Shown here: one piece after another, positions 14,101 to 26,224 of the stretch | Position numbering within the stretch: the stretch's first letter is position 1 | How the letters are laid out: every line of letters begins with the position of its first letter | NCBI GenBank assembly: GCA_002269645.1 | Contig: NIVC01000215.1 | Span: forward strand, 1-64,000 | Direction: 5' to 3' | Length of the DNA stretch: 64,000 nucleotides | Origin: Macrostomum lignano | Lineage: Eukaryota | The notes under the pieces: model-generated | Told to the model about the DNA's origin: nothing | The model's input: the letters and a program-made list of their open reading frames with translations, nothing else | The model's database searches: none | Made by a program: the position numbers and the translations under genes

Positions 14101-15350
14101 GGTCAGCACAAAGGCATAGCGATAGTCTATGGTCAGCTATGGCATAGCGATAGTCTATGGTCAGCCATGGCAAAGCGATATTCTATGGTCAGCCATGGCA
14201 TAGCGATATTCTATGGTCAGCCATGGCATAGCGATAGTCTATGGTCAGCACAAAGGCATAGCGATATTCTATGGTCAGCCATGGCATAGCGATAGTCTAT
14301 GGTCAGCACAAAGGCATAGCGATAGTCTATGGTCAGCTATGGCATAGCGATAGTCTATGGTCAGCCATGGCATAGCGATATTCTATGGTCAGCCATGGCA
14401 TAGCGATATTCTATGGTCAGCTATGGCATAGCGATAGTCTATGGTCAGCACAAAGGCATAGCGATAGTCTATGGTCAGCTATGGCATAGCGATAGTCTAT
14501 GGTCAGCCATGGCATAGCGATAGTCTATGGTCAGCCATGGCATAGCGATAGTCTATGGTCAGCACAAAGGCATAGCGATAGTCTATGGTCAGCACAAAGG
14601 CATAGCGATAGTCTATGGTCAGCCATGGCATAGCGATAGTCTATGGTCAGCTATGGCATAGCGATAGTCTATGGTCAGCCATGGCATAGCGATAGTCTAT
14701 GGTCAGCCATGGCATAGCGATAGTCTATGGTCAGCACAAAGGCATAGCGATAGTCTATGGTCAGCTATGGCATAGCGATAGTCTATGGTCAGCCATGGCA
14801 TAGCGATAGTCTATGGTCAGCACAAAGGCATAGCGATAGTCTATGGTCAGCCATGGCATAGCGATAGTCTATGGTCAGCTATGGCATAGCGATAGTCTAT
14901 GGTCAGCCATGGCATAGCGATAGTCTATGGTCAGCACAAAGGCATAGCGATATTCTATGGTCAGCCATGGCATAGCGATAGTCTATGGTCAGCACAAAGG
15001 CATAGCGATAGTCTATGGCCAGCACAAAGGCATAGCGATAGTCTATGGCCAGCACAAAGGCATAGCGATAGTCTATGGCCAGCACAAAGGCATAGCGATA
15101 GTCTATGGCCAGCACAAAGGCATAGCGATAGTCTATGGCCAGCACAAAGGCATAGCGATAGTCTATGGCCAGCACAAAGGCATAGCGATAGTCTATGGCC
15201 AGCACAAAGGCATAGCGATAGTCTATGGCCAGCACAAAAGCATAGCGATAGTCTATGGTCACCCATGGAATAGCGATAGTCTATGGTCACCCATGGAATA
15301 GCGATAGTCTATGGTCACCCATGGAATAGCGATAGTCTATGGCCAGCCCT
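11190..15350. repeat. ~4.15-kb intergenic satellite of 28/30-bp variant units with higher-order duplication
   Basis: CATAGCGATA(G/T)TCTATGGTCAG followed by CCATGG, CTATGG or CACAAAGG. Identical variant strings recur 1004 bp apart (13067 vs 14071). Confidence 0.97.
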
Positions 15351-15432
15351 GCTGAGCACGCCGGCAAGAACATATTTTTTCGTAATTGTCAACTCGAGCA
15401 AACAAAGGCAACACTAATACTACAAAGCCCTC

Positions 15433-18400
15433 CTAATCAATAGTTATTATATCTCTATTGATTCGAATCTTCTTTCGAGTCACTGTAGGCGGCGGCGGCG
15501 AAGGCGTCCGGGTCGGCGACACAGGCTCGCGCAGTCTGGCCGCCTCCTCCTCGGCCAGTGTCCGGTTCTTCCTATAATCCAGCAAGTCCAAGTCCGAGTC
15601 TTCGCTAACAAACTCTTCAACCTGAGGAGCTGCCCCGGCCAATTGTTTATCGACATCGTCCGACATCGACGTTGAGTCCGAGTAGTCTTCAGAATCGGAA
15701 TAATCCGACGAATACGATGACGAATGCCCGGAGCTCCGCCTCCGCCGGTGACGCCGGCGCCGCTTCTCTTTTTGAGCAGACCGACGATGACCGCGCTTAG
15801 AAGATTTTTTCTTCTTTTTCTTTTCCTTCTTCTTCTTCTCGGCCGATGATTTGGCTTTCTTTGATTTCTGCTCATGCTTGCGCTTTTTTGACAGTTTCTG
15901 CTGCTGTTGCTGCTCAGCGGGAGCATTCGGTGCGACCACCATTCGGCTGGCAGAAGCTTCCATAGGGATGAATTGTTGCTGCTGAGCAGGATGGGCAAGA
16001 AATTGCACCGCAGGCATGTACTGCACAGCGGACTGCCCAGCAACTGATACAGCAGCAGTAGTTGATAAGGACGCAACAGTCGGCTGCTGCTGAATGAACT
16101 GAGGCTGGCTTGGCATCACGTAGCAGTAAGGAGCGCCAGGCACTGGGGCGGCGTACATTGGCGCCGGAAATGCCGCCTGCGGCTGCTGGAATCCAACTGG
16201 CTGCTGCTGCGCCACTGACTGGCCGGCTAGCTGGGGATAGTAGGCTGCGACAGGGGCCGCCGGTTGCTATGGCAACGGGTGAGTATGAGAGATACAATAA
16301 TATTTTCGATACCAAACACTGAAAATTCAATACAACTTTAACCTTAAAGCTCATTGAACTGTTTTATTCGTTTGGCTCAGGGGATGTTTAACTGGATGCT
16401 CAGGGGATGTTCAGCTGGATTCTCAGGGGATGTTCAGCTGGATTCTCAGGGGATGTTCAGCTGGATTCTCAGGGGATGTTCAGCTGGATTTTCAGGGGAT
16501 GTTCAGCTGGATTCTCAGGGGATGTTTAACTGGATTCTCAGGGGATGTTCAGCTGGATTCTCAGGGGATGTTCAGCTGGATTCTCAGGGGATGTTCAGCT
16601 GGATTCTCAGGGGATGTTCAGCTGGATTTTCAGGGGATGTTCAGCTGGATTCTCAGGGGATGTTCAGCTGGATTCTCAGGGGATGTTCAGCTGGATTCTC
16701 AGGGGATGTTCAGCTGGATTCTCAGGGGATGTTCAGCTGGATTCTCAGGGGATGTTCAGCTGGATTCTCAGGGGATGTTCAGCTGGATTCTCAGGGGATG
16801 TTCAGCTGGATTTTCAGGGGATGTTCAGCTGGATTCTCAGGGGATGTTCAGCTGGATTTTCAGGGGATGTTCAGCTGGATTCTCAGGGGATGTTCAGACT
16901 GGATTCTCAAGGGATGTTCAGCTGGATTTTCAGGGGATGTTCAGCTGGATTCTCAAGGGATGTTTAGCTGGATTCTCAGGGGATGTTCAACTGGATTCTC
17001 AAGGGATGTTCAGCTGGATTCTCAAGGGATGTTCAGCTGGATTCTCAGGGAATGTTCAGACTGGATTTTCAAGGGATGTTCAGGCTGGATTTTCAAGGGA
17101 TGTTCAGCTGGATTCTCAGGATGTTTAGCTGGATTCTCAGGACGTACTTTTTCCATTGTGTTGCACAGAAAGTGCATTATATATAGTAACAGAGTCCAAG
17201 TAACGTGCTTACCAAATCCGGTAGGGAAGACTGGGGAAGCTGCGGCAACTGCATAGCAACACCTGTCTCATGCAGCGCCGGCCTAGCAATGCCAACAGGT
17301 CGGATCGCTGATGCCTCTTGTGACGCCGTCAACTGCTGCAGCTGCTGACGCCTGACAAGCGGCGCCTTTTGCACCACCGGAAATGCTGAACTGCTGCTAG
17401 ATTGAGCCGATTCAGGTTGAACCTGCGGCGCTTGAGTTTGAACCTGTGGTGCCTGAGGTCGAACCTGTGGTGCCTGGGGTCGAACCTGCGGTGCCTGAGT
17501 TTGAACCTGTGGTGCCTGAGGTCGAAGCTGTGGTGCCTGAGGTCGAACCTGTGGTGCCTGAGGTCGAACCTGTGGTGCCTGAGGTCGAACCTGTGGTGTC
17601 TGAGTTCGAACCTGTGCTGTCTGAGGTCGAACCTGTGGTGTCTGGGGTCGAACCTGTGGCACCTGAGTTCGAACCTGCGGCACCTGAGTTCGAACCTGCG
17701 GCACCTGAGTTCGAACCTGCGGCACCTGAGTTCGAACCTGCGGCACCTGAGTTCGAACCTGCGGCACCTGAGTTCGAACCTGCGGCACCTGAGTTCGAAC
17801 CTGCGGCACCTGAGTTCGAACCTGCGGCACCTGAGTTCGAACCTGCGGCACCTGAGTTTGGACCTGCGGCGCCTGGGAACCTACTTGAGATGCCCGAGGT
17901 CGAACCTGTGACACCTGGGGACGCACCTGCGGCACCGGAGGACGGGTTAAGGCATGGATAGTTATGTGACCTACGGAAATGATGGGTCAAGACAAAGCGC
18001 ATGCATTGCATAATAATGATAATATAATTGATTGAACCTGCCCTAATGGGAAGATGTGCAACCGACAGCTGCGTACGGCTGTTCAGTCCAAGGACTGGAG
18101 GTTGTCACACCCCTTAACTACCCCAGCAAACGCTGGCTCCCATTTCACAGATGGCTGAACTGAAGCAATGCAGAGTTAAGTGTCTTGCTCAAGGATACAA
18201 ATTGTTTCAGTGGGATCGGGAATCGAACCCCAGACCTTCAAGTCGTGAGTCCGACGCTCTAACCACTAGACTAAAACACTAACATTGCATGGATTGCATG
18301 AAGTGCGCAAGTGTGCAGTTTGGCGTACATTCATGCATTTATATAAGTACTTAAAAAGTACTTGACGGGTCGCTGGCTTCAGGTCTACTTTAAAATAAAC

Positions 18401-20534
18401 AAAAAGTAAACTGAAGACGCACCTGATTTTGAGGACGAACTGACTGCGAACTTTGCACTGCTTTAACCCGAACTTGAGCCGGCATCAGCGGCCGGACGTT
18501 AGCGGGCTGTGAGGCGACCCGCTTGATGCCAAATGGCAGCGGAGCGCCGATCTCTTGAGGCGCAGGCAATTCGGCGGTTGGCGAGCTAGCCGGAGGTGAA
18601 TCAGCCACGTCACCGGTTGACCAATTGGCGATAAGATCGCGCGCCCAATCGGGCATATGAACCGAGAGCACTTTTTCTTGAGCATGCGGCGGAGCTTGCT
18701 TTGGTGACGAATTTGCTTGCTGCTCTTCGTCTGACTCTGCTGAGCTGACTTCTTTTAGAAGGGATTTTAATAGCTGGTCTTTCTCGGCTTTGCTAAGCGG
18801 CTGTTTGCGCTTCTTTGCGGGAGGCTCCACCTCCTCCTGTTGCTGCTGCTGCTCTTGATCGGAAGGTGGCGCGCGGCGGACCCGACTAGGTGTAGGCGCC
18901 GCCGATGCAGGAATCTGGGACGGCTGCGGCTTCTGCTGCTGCGGTCTCTTGCGGACCGCAGTGCCCCGGCCTCGACTGCAAGAAGATTCGTCCTGCTGCT
19001 CCTGCTGCTTCTGCTGATTTTCGGACTCAGGTGTTGCCATCAATTCGTCAGGATTGCTAGCCTCATCTTGCTCAGCATGCAACTCAATAGCGTCATCGGA
19101 ATCGGCGCCACCATCGCCACCTGACGAGTTCATCGTATCGACAGCCGCGAGCAGGCGCTGTGTGATCGCCCGCTCCAGCTCCGGCGTCACTTCGTCATCT
19201 TCGGCTGCGGATCTTGCGGCCGCCGCCTCTTGCATTGCCCGCCTACGGTCGCGAGTTCGAGTCCTAGCCAAGCCTAAACTCATCTGCTGCTCAACCTTGG
19301 CTAACAGGTGCTGCATCACACCGGCCACCTGCTGCTCAATGTGCTCGTCATTCTCTACGGCATCGGCATCATCGCCAGACGTGGATGAGGAAGTGTCGGA
19401 CGACGAGTCACTGTCGTAGGCGTCGGAGTCGTCGCTGTCTGCCGTGGCTAATCGAGGCACGCCGGAGCCGGCCGCCGTAGTCGAGGCGGTGCAGTGAGCC
19501 AATTTGAGCATCTCGCCAAACGGATTAATGTAATAAAATACCCTCTTGCTGCCCTTAAATTCGTATTCGAAATGGCAGAATCCTTGGCGCTGCAATTCTC
19601 GCGACAGGGCTCCTTTGCGCTGGTCAAGCACAAGGATGAAAGCAAATTTAAGTCGCATTGTTTCCCAAAATTTCGGAGTGTGCACGGCAGCGTCAGTGTA
19701 AGACATAATAGCCACGTTGGCATTTGGCAGCTTGTCAATCGTTGCTTCCTCGACTCGTTCGTGCCAAAACTCTACACCGCTCGGACCGGCGGCTTCAACG
19801 CCGTTCATCGACACAACATAGGGACCCCAGCCAATGAACTGATCGATACCAATCAGCTTCACGTATTGCGTAATGCCGAAGCATTCGCGCAGCACAATAA
19901 GCATAGCGGCTACGCAGGGCCCCGGACCGCAGCCGATGCTAACTACTCTCTGTGTCCGGCCAAATATCTCAGTGAGCTGATCGGCGATGCCAGACTTTGG
20001 CGACATTAATTGTCTTAGCGACAGCCACACTGTCTGGATTCTACTGCGGAATAAGTTCAAAGTGTACACGGCTCTCCAGCCCGATAGTTTATACATAAAG
20101 CTGACGTCTAATTTGTCTGGCGCGTCCTTCCATGTGTTGAATAAGCGTCGCATATCTGTGCGCTGGGCTATTGGCATGTGCTTTAGATAGCGCTCGGCCA
20201 CGGCGTACACAGCTTTGCAATAGGATTCGCATTTCTTATCGATCTCTTTTATCATAGCAGCCGATGATGGCTCATTATTAGCTGATGATGAAGCACTCGA
20301 ACTAGCTGGCGCAGCCGGTTTGCGCTGCTCAAGCGACAGTTGCTGACAGGAATTTGAGCGAGCTAGAGGCGCCAGCAAGCCGCCGCCACCTCCGCTACTG
20401 CTGCTACTCCTCGGCAGCAGGTTGGCTGGTGGGCGCATAAATAGGCCGCCGCCAAAATTTGCCTGCTGCTGTTGCTGCTGCTGGCGCAACTGCAACTGCT
20501 GCTGCAGTATATATGAATGACCCGGTATTGGTAG
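15433..20534 (-). CDS. Uncharacterised ~1,220-aa low-complexity protein with a class I SAM-dependent methyltransferase-like domain; exons 20534-18423, 17926-17213, 16266-15433 (all phase 0); 5' end unresolved
   Basis: Three long GC-rich ORFs join in frame through canonical sites: cag|gtgcgt ... ccgcag|gtg, and ttg|gtaagc ... ccatag|caa. Exon lengths 2112, 714 and 834 are all multiples of 3. A globular segment carries VVSIGCGPG (motif I-like), IGID and IMSY; the rest is Q/S/D/K/R-rich. Confidence 0.7.
16375..17140. repeat. 23-bp minisatellite, last intron of the MTase-like gene
   Basis: GGGGATGTTCAGCTGGATTCTCA, about 33 copies. Confidence 0.95.
17420..17926 (-). repeat. Coding 21-bp repeat (QVRTQVP/QVRPQAP heptads)
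   Basis: CAGGTTCGAACTCAGGTGCCG and variants, inside an exon bounded by canonical splice sites. Confidence 0.85.
18011..18282 (-). mobile_element. tRNA-derived CORE-like SINE, copy 1 (intron of the MTase-like gene)
   Basis: Reverse complement of 63558-63868; box A/box B head, CORE-like middle and (ATT)n tail; flanked by a CATTGCA duplication (18004-18010, 18283-18289). Confidence 0.8.
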
Positions 20535-21734
20535 CTGAAATCATTAGCATTCAGATTATATAATAAGCCTATCTTGCTTGGTTAGGAGTGCTAGGATTTT
20601 ACAAAAACCCCAGATTGATAGAGCACAACCAGGAATAAAATTTTTGGGATTGGAGATATTCAGGGTAATTAATCTTTCTTGTCAACAATTATCATCAAAT
20701 ATGTGGATGCAAAACTTGACATAATAAGGTGAAGTATATGACTTTCAAATTTGTTTTAATGACGAAAAAAGCTTGCCAATTGGTTCAGCTACAATGTACA
20801 GTACATTAGCCATTGAAATCTACAAGGCAGATTTAGGCTAAAATAGCTAAGGAAGATAATAAAAATTGGGTGGCAGAGTAGGGGCAGAGGTTCTATATAG
20901 AGTTTGAAGGGTTTAAGCTAATGGCACGAGCCAATAATAAGCATTGTCTTTAATACTTAAATGTTACAGTTTAACTCAACACTAAACTAAAAATAGCTAG
21001 CACAGAAATGTGCTTAGTGTCTCATCTAGTTAATCTAGTATCTGTGAACAAAAGTCATGTTTTTATTGAATCTTTACATATGATAGGGACTTTGGTAAGG
21101 GTCCTATGACTTGTCAATATACATATAAGGCAAACTTTGAAAAGGAGTTTTTTTACAAATAAATAATTTTGCAATACAATTACATTGAATAAAAAGCAAC
21201 TAGGAATTAAAAAGAAGAGAAAAAATACTTTGTCATAAAGAAAAACCTTATTCAAAAAAAATTATCCGTTTTCCTTGGAATTTCATTGGGATGCTAATAA
21301 TCTCTTATAAAAAATAGCTTTTAAAAAACATTGAAGAAAAAAATAGATGCTTTTGTATTCTAAAAAATGAAAAAAATTACCAAGTTCTAGCATTTATAAT
21401 GAAGTCATTATAAAATACACAGACAAGATAATATACCTTTTATCTAACTAATCTTTTATTGTAAAACACAAAATATTTATGAAATTTTTAATGTTTTTAT
21501 TCTTTAATAGGTTAACTTTGTTGCTCCTTCGAGTTAGGAAATTAGTTAGTAGTTAGGAAAACTTCTAATATGATAAAATATTTCTATTACAAAGAAAAAG
21601 GAAATAATTATATACTATAAAAAATGGCAGTGTTTTTATTCCTATGGTTTTCCCATATATTTTATGAACAAAACAGACATTTAGGCTTTCTTGCAAAGGT
21701 TTTCACTATTTCAGCTATTCTATTCTTTTTACTA

Positions 21735-21910
21735 TATGACTTTTTACTAATTATTTTTTGTGTCCAGTATGCCATTTTTAGCTTTTTTATTTCTAAACTA
21801 TTAATAATACTTTAATAAATAATTAATAATAAATTAATAGTTTAAGAAATAAAAAAGCTAAAAATGGCATACTGGACACAAAAATAAGAAGTAAACAAGT
21901 CATATCAAAA
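21735..21910. repeat. AT-rich palindrome/hairpin MITE
   Basis: TTTTGTGTCCAGTATGCCATTTTTAGCTTTTTTATTTCT and its reverse complement flank an AT-rich spacer. Confidence 0.8.
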
Positions 21911-22564
21911 ATATTATTAAAAAACTATTACAGTTTTTAGATAAAATGATGATAGGCCTAGTTTGAGTTTTTTAAGGTTGGAAATCCAGTTGTCAGCTGG
22001 CCCTTGGGGCTCAAATCCAGTTGCCAATGTTTATTTTTGGTTGCCTATTATTGGCAACTAGCCAAATAACGTCAAGGATTTTTAAAGATAGAATGGATAG
22101 ATATTTCTAAAGCTATACTTAAAAAGCAAAAATTTATTCTCTTAACTCTAATATTGCTTTCTACACTACAAACAATAACAAACTAATAATTCCATCATAT
22201 TGATTTATAAGTACTTTTATTACATTACAAAATCATTTTTTAAAATTGCAACTAGCACGGGGAAAATGAAGTTGCCAGATTTGTCTTTGATGCCAAAAAT
22301 CCAGTTGCTATTAATATTTTCAAGGGGACAAAAAACCCCATATGGCCCAAAAACCCAGATGATAGTCTTAAAAAGTACATTAAAAAAAATTGATCAATAA
22401 TTTAAAGTAAAGTATATTTACATACACAAAAGAGATTTTTAAGATTAAGTGAAAATATAAAAAAATGATTTAAAAGTTTACTAGAATCATTTATGTAACA
22501 AACACTGACTTATATAGAATAAGAATAACTTATGCTTGTAACAAAACATGCTTGGGTGCAACCT

Positions 22565-22702
22565 AGGGATTCACCTAGCCATTTCTATTGGCAACACACA
22601 TATGTAAGTCACTATTGGACAGAATAATAGTCACATGACTGCTCTTGGCTAATAGCAACTTACATGTGTATGTTGCCAATAGAAATGGCTAAGTGATTCC
22701 CA
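22565..22702. repeat. Palindrome/hairpin MITE
   Basis: TAGCCATTTCTATTGGCAACA...ATGTAAGT and its inverse ACTTACAT...TGTTGCCAATAGAAATGGCTA. Confidence 0.8.
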
Positions 22703-22954
22703 AGATTATATATGTATGTAACAAAATTCTTTTTAGGCCTACTCAAGCAATTTAGGATAGGTCTATTTAAATTTAGCTATATGGATATTGTCATTCCCAG
22801 TCTAAATATATTAGTAGCACAAGTTCAATATAAAAAGGTATAAAAATAAATACTTTTGTACTTTTTATAAAAAAGTAACTGGTGATATGTATACTCACTT
22901 GTATTTTATATTATATTTTTTTATATAGCCAACAAATAGAAATAAAGCCCTATG

Positions 22955-23175
22955 GTCTAGCCCAGGCTCTGGTATACCAGTGACCTAGGCTTGATTCCAA
23001 GTGCAGTCATATTAATTTGGGGCTGAATTAGAATCTTGGCTTGTGTACAATTAACAGCCTTGAGAGCTAACCCCCCAAGGCACAATGAAGTGTATATGCC
23101 TAATAATAAAATAAAGTTAAGGCCACTGTACACTCCTGTATGGGTGTATGCCTGCGTACATATCTGCACACTTTT
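22955..23175 (+). mobile_element. Second SINE family, heavily C>T/G>A-eroded copy
   Basis: GGCTTGATTCC, ACAGCCTTGAGAGCTAACCCCCCAAGGCAC and AAGGCCACTGTACAC are colinear with the 63.3-kb copy. Confidence 0.55.
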
Positions 23176-23430
23176 ATGCCTGCTCAGGGGAGTTAGCGGA
23201 ATAGGCAAAATGGGCGGAATGTGCACATAACCCCCTGGCTCTAATAAAAAAATAGTTGGAAATAGGCCTAGAAAAAAATTCCATTGACAGGCCATTCTCT
23301 AATCTTATAATTATATATGCCAAAAAATTAAGGTGTATATATAGTATACTATAATGGATATGAAAAAATAGTTGGCATAAAGTATCTAGCATAAAGAACA
23401 ATCTGCTAGAAAATTGTGCCATAGAGCTGG

Positions 23431-24125
23431 TGTTGTGTATGCTGCTTATACGTCAGTTAGGGTTCTTGCATTCTGATTGGCTTGGGGGCTTGTCTGTCTG
23501 CCCAGACTGGCCTAGGCCGAGTGGAGGGTTTGATGTCTGCTGAATCATGCTGGTTAATAGTTTAACTATAATATAAGTGCGCACCAGCCTTTCAAGCCTT
23601 TGTGACTTTTCTACCCTGCAATCGCTTTTTGCATTGTATTCATTTGGCCACGCTGCCTCAAAGTACAACATGGCAACGAGTCTGAGCATTCCCGAGCCAC
23701 GCGTGTTTCTTGCCCACTTAGGATAGCCACACATGCCTTGGAACTATTGGATTGAAAGATTCAAGATTTATCTGGAGGCCTTGGACCTAAATGAAGCATT
23801 GGATGCACGCAAAAAGGGGATTTTTGTTCATCTACTAGGCAGGGAAGGCCAGAGAGTCTATGCGCTAAGGAATCTACCCACAATGAGCGTTGATACATTT
23901 GACAAGCTGGTGGCTATACTGAAAATGATCTTTGGTCAATCGCATAGCACAATCAGCAACCGCTACAAGTTCAAGTTGTGTGGTTTGATGTTTGCTGAAT
24001 CATACTGATTAGTATTTTAACTATAATATAAGTGTGCACCGGCCTTTTAAGCCTTTGTGACATTTCTACCCTGCAATTGCTTCTTGCATTGTATTCATTT
24101 GGCCACACTCCCTCAAAGTACAACA
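23431..24125 (+). mobile_element. Internally deleted Gypsy-type LTR retrotransposon (5' LTR 23431-23670, PBS and gag stub, partial 3' LTR ~23982-24125)
   Basis: TG...CA termini with 5-bp TSD GCTGG (23426-23430, 24126-24130). PBS-like TGGCAACGAG at 23671. Gag-like PWNYWIERFKIYLEAL...RKKGIFVHLLGREGQRVY...NRYKF, with an in-frame stop upstream. Confidence 0.85.
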
Positions 24126-24537
24126 GCTGGCATATAGATTATAGGCCTAATGTAGGTACATAGCTATTGGTATAAGCTATGTCAAAAGAATTAAGTGTTG
24201 TAATGTAAGAAAGGGTCCGATCTCATAGTCCTATATTGTCACATGTAAAAAGGTCATTTTTTTACTATATGTTGTTAAAAAAGTTCATTTATTAAGCCTA
24301 TTGCAATATTGTTTTGACAATGTTCTCCTAATAGTCCTATTTTTGTGAGATTGGTAAAATCTAGGAATTTTTTAAAATATATGAGCTATCACCTATTAGT
24401 TCTATTTATAATTATATTTTTGTTTCTAATTGTTAGAATAAAGCCTAGGTAGACAGGCCTAGCTTCATTTATTCATTATTAGTAGGCCCTAAGCTTAGTA
24501 TAGTATAGTATATGACATGACTTGTAAAAAAGTATAA

Positions 24538-26224
24538 GGGTAATTCCACGAGATGACGGTCATTGGGTTGGAGCAAATAATAATCAGTAATCATACAAAA
24601 GACAAACTAAATTGAGACTTTGTGAGTTCTATATTTATGGGCATGACCTCTAGATTGAGATAAGATACATTTTAAAGTCATTTGTCTTACTGTGTTGATT
24701 TAGCAGAGAGAAACTTTCGATGACGGTCGTTTTTGGTGAAAGTTTATGTATCCAACTTTATAACTTAAGTTTAAGATTCCTGCGAATCAGGCAAGTTTTT
24801 GTCTCAATTGATCATTAATTGTAGTAAACAATAGCTAGATGAATGGTTACAAACAATTATTACATTTTAGTAGATAACTTTAACTGTGTTGCACATTTTT
24901 TCTTAAATGACAGTCATTGACTGACGGTCGTTTGTTTCAAAAAAATGACCTTCAGTTTTAAAAAGTGTATTAGGATTATCTATTTTTAGATATGATTTCA
25001 GTTAAAAGATTGTTTATAATCCATAGTTGTTCATATAAAAACTATAACTTGCTTGTCTAACCATAAAATTTATTATACCTGTTTCACATTTCAGATCAAA
25101 TGTACTTATGCACCTTCAACAAAAACATCACTTCATGATTGCACAACTCAACATATGATCATAAAGATAGACAGTCCTAATCTATTCAAGAATTCAAAGA
25201 ATAGAATATAACAATTAACAAAACCAAAGGCAAATACAGATTATTTGTTAGGCAATAAGCAGTAGCACCAATGGATAGTAAAAACTTGAGTCTAGTTAGA
25301 CTACTTATGCTGAAGATTGGGGCATGTGTTAAGGTGCATTGCAAACTAAAGTAGAGAGTTCTAGGTGCATTGTTAGTAATTGGAACAACCTTTTTAATAG
25401 TGCAGGTTGAAAATGATTTTAAGGTATCAAACAAGTAATTGACAATATACTTTTTAATAAAAGACTTGAATTCCACTATATTTTTCTTTACAATCAAAAC
25501 TGTAAAAACTTTGAAAGAGAAATTGAATAAGTAATTCACATTTAAAAAAGGACATGATTTTAGAATATCAGTAAATTCAGTTTTTTGTATAAAATTTAGG
25601 AATAAATGATAGTAATTCAGGTTTTATGAAGATCAATAGATTTCAGAATTCCAGAAAATGATGGTCGTTAGGTAACTTTGCAGGGTTTTTTCAGCATGTT
25701 ACACTTATCATAAACTAACAAAAATGACTATAAACTTAAATATAGGCTCAGAAAATATTTTAGCAAAAAAATATCAACTTATAAACCTCTTGAAAATTAG
25801 TAGAACAACTTTTTGTAAAAAAAATGATGGTCATTTTTAACACTTAAAAAAGGGAAGTCAAACTTTTTAAAATAAAAAATTATGATAGATAGAACTATAT
25901 TAGATCATAAAACTTTATAATTTCAGTCTTTAGATATAAGAAAGAAAGATTTTTATTATTTATGCACTTGATGCATTATGTTTATTAAGTTTTTTTCTTA
26001 TTGAAAACTAGATTAAACTTTTTATAATGTCCCACGGGACATTTAAAATCTTGCAAGGGTACCATGATCAAAACAATATATATATACCTAGAGGTAGATA
26101 AATGCGTATGAAACTACATAAAAATGAAACTACATATAATTATATGCAAAATGAAACATTCACATTTGCAAATAATTTTTTAAAAAATTTCTATACCTTT
26201 GATGACCCTATCATGGAATAACCC
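24538..26224. mobile_element. Non-autonomous DNA transposon, copy 1 (~1.69 kb; Kolobok-like termini), ATAA target duplication
   Basis: Termini GGGTAATTCCA...TGGAATAACCC flanked by ATAA on both sides; highly similar along its length to 27777-29461; no credible ORF. Confidence 0.85.

Noticed and set aside
11190-15350. CRISPR-like appearance of regular 28/30-bp units
   Set aside because: There are no unique spacers or cas genes, the context is eukaryotic, and it is a plain tandem satellite.
16354-17256. 300-aa and 232-aa plus-strand ORFs of repeated MFSWILRGCSAG
   Set aside because: They are products of the 23-bp intronic repeat, antisense to the host gene.
17927-17972. Acceptor at 17970 (ccgtag|gt) for the repeat exon
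   Set aside because: It needs a phase-1 donor. The available donor at 18422 is phase 0 and matches the acceptor at 17926.
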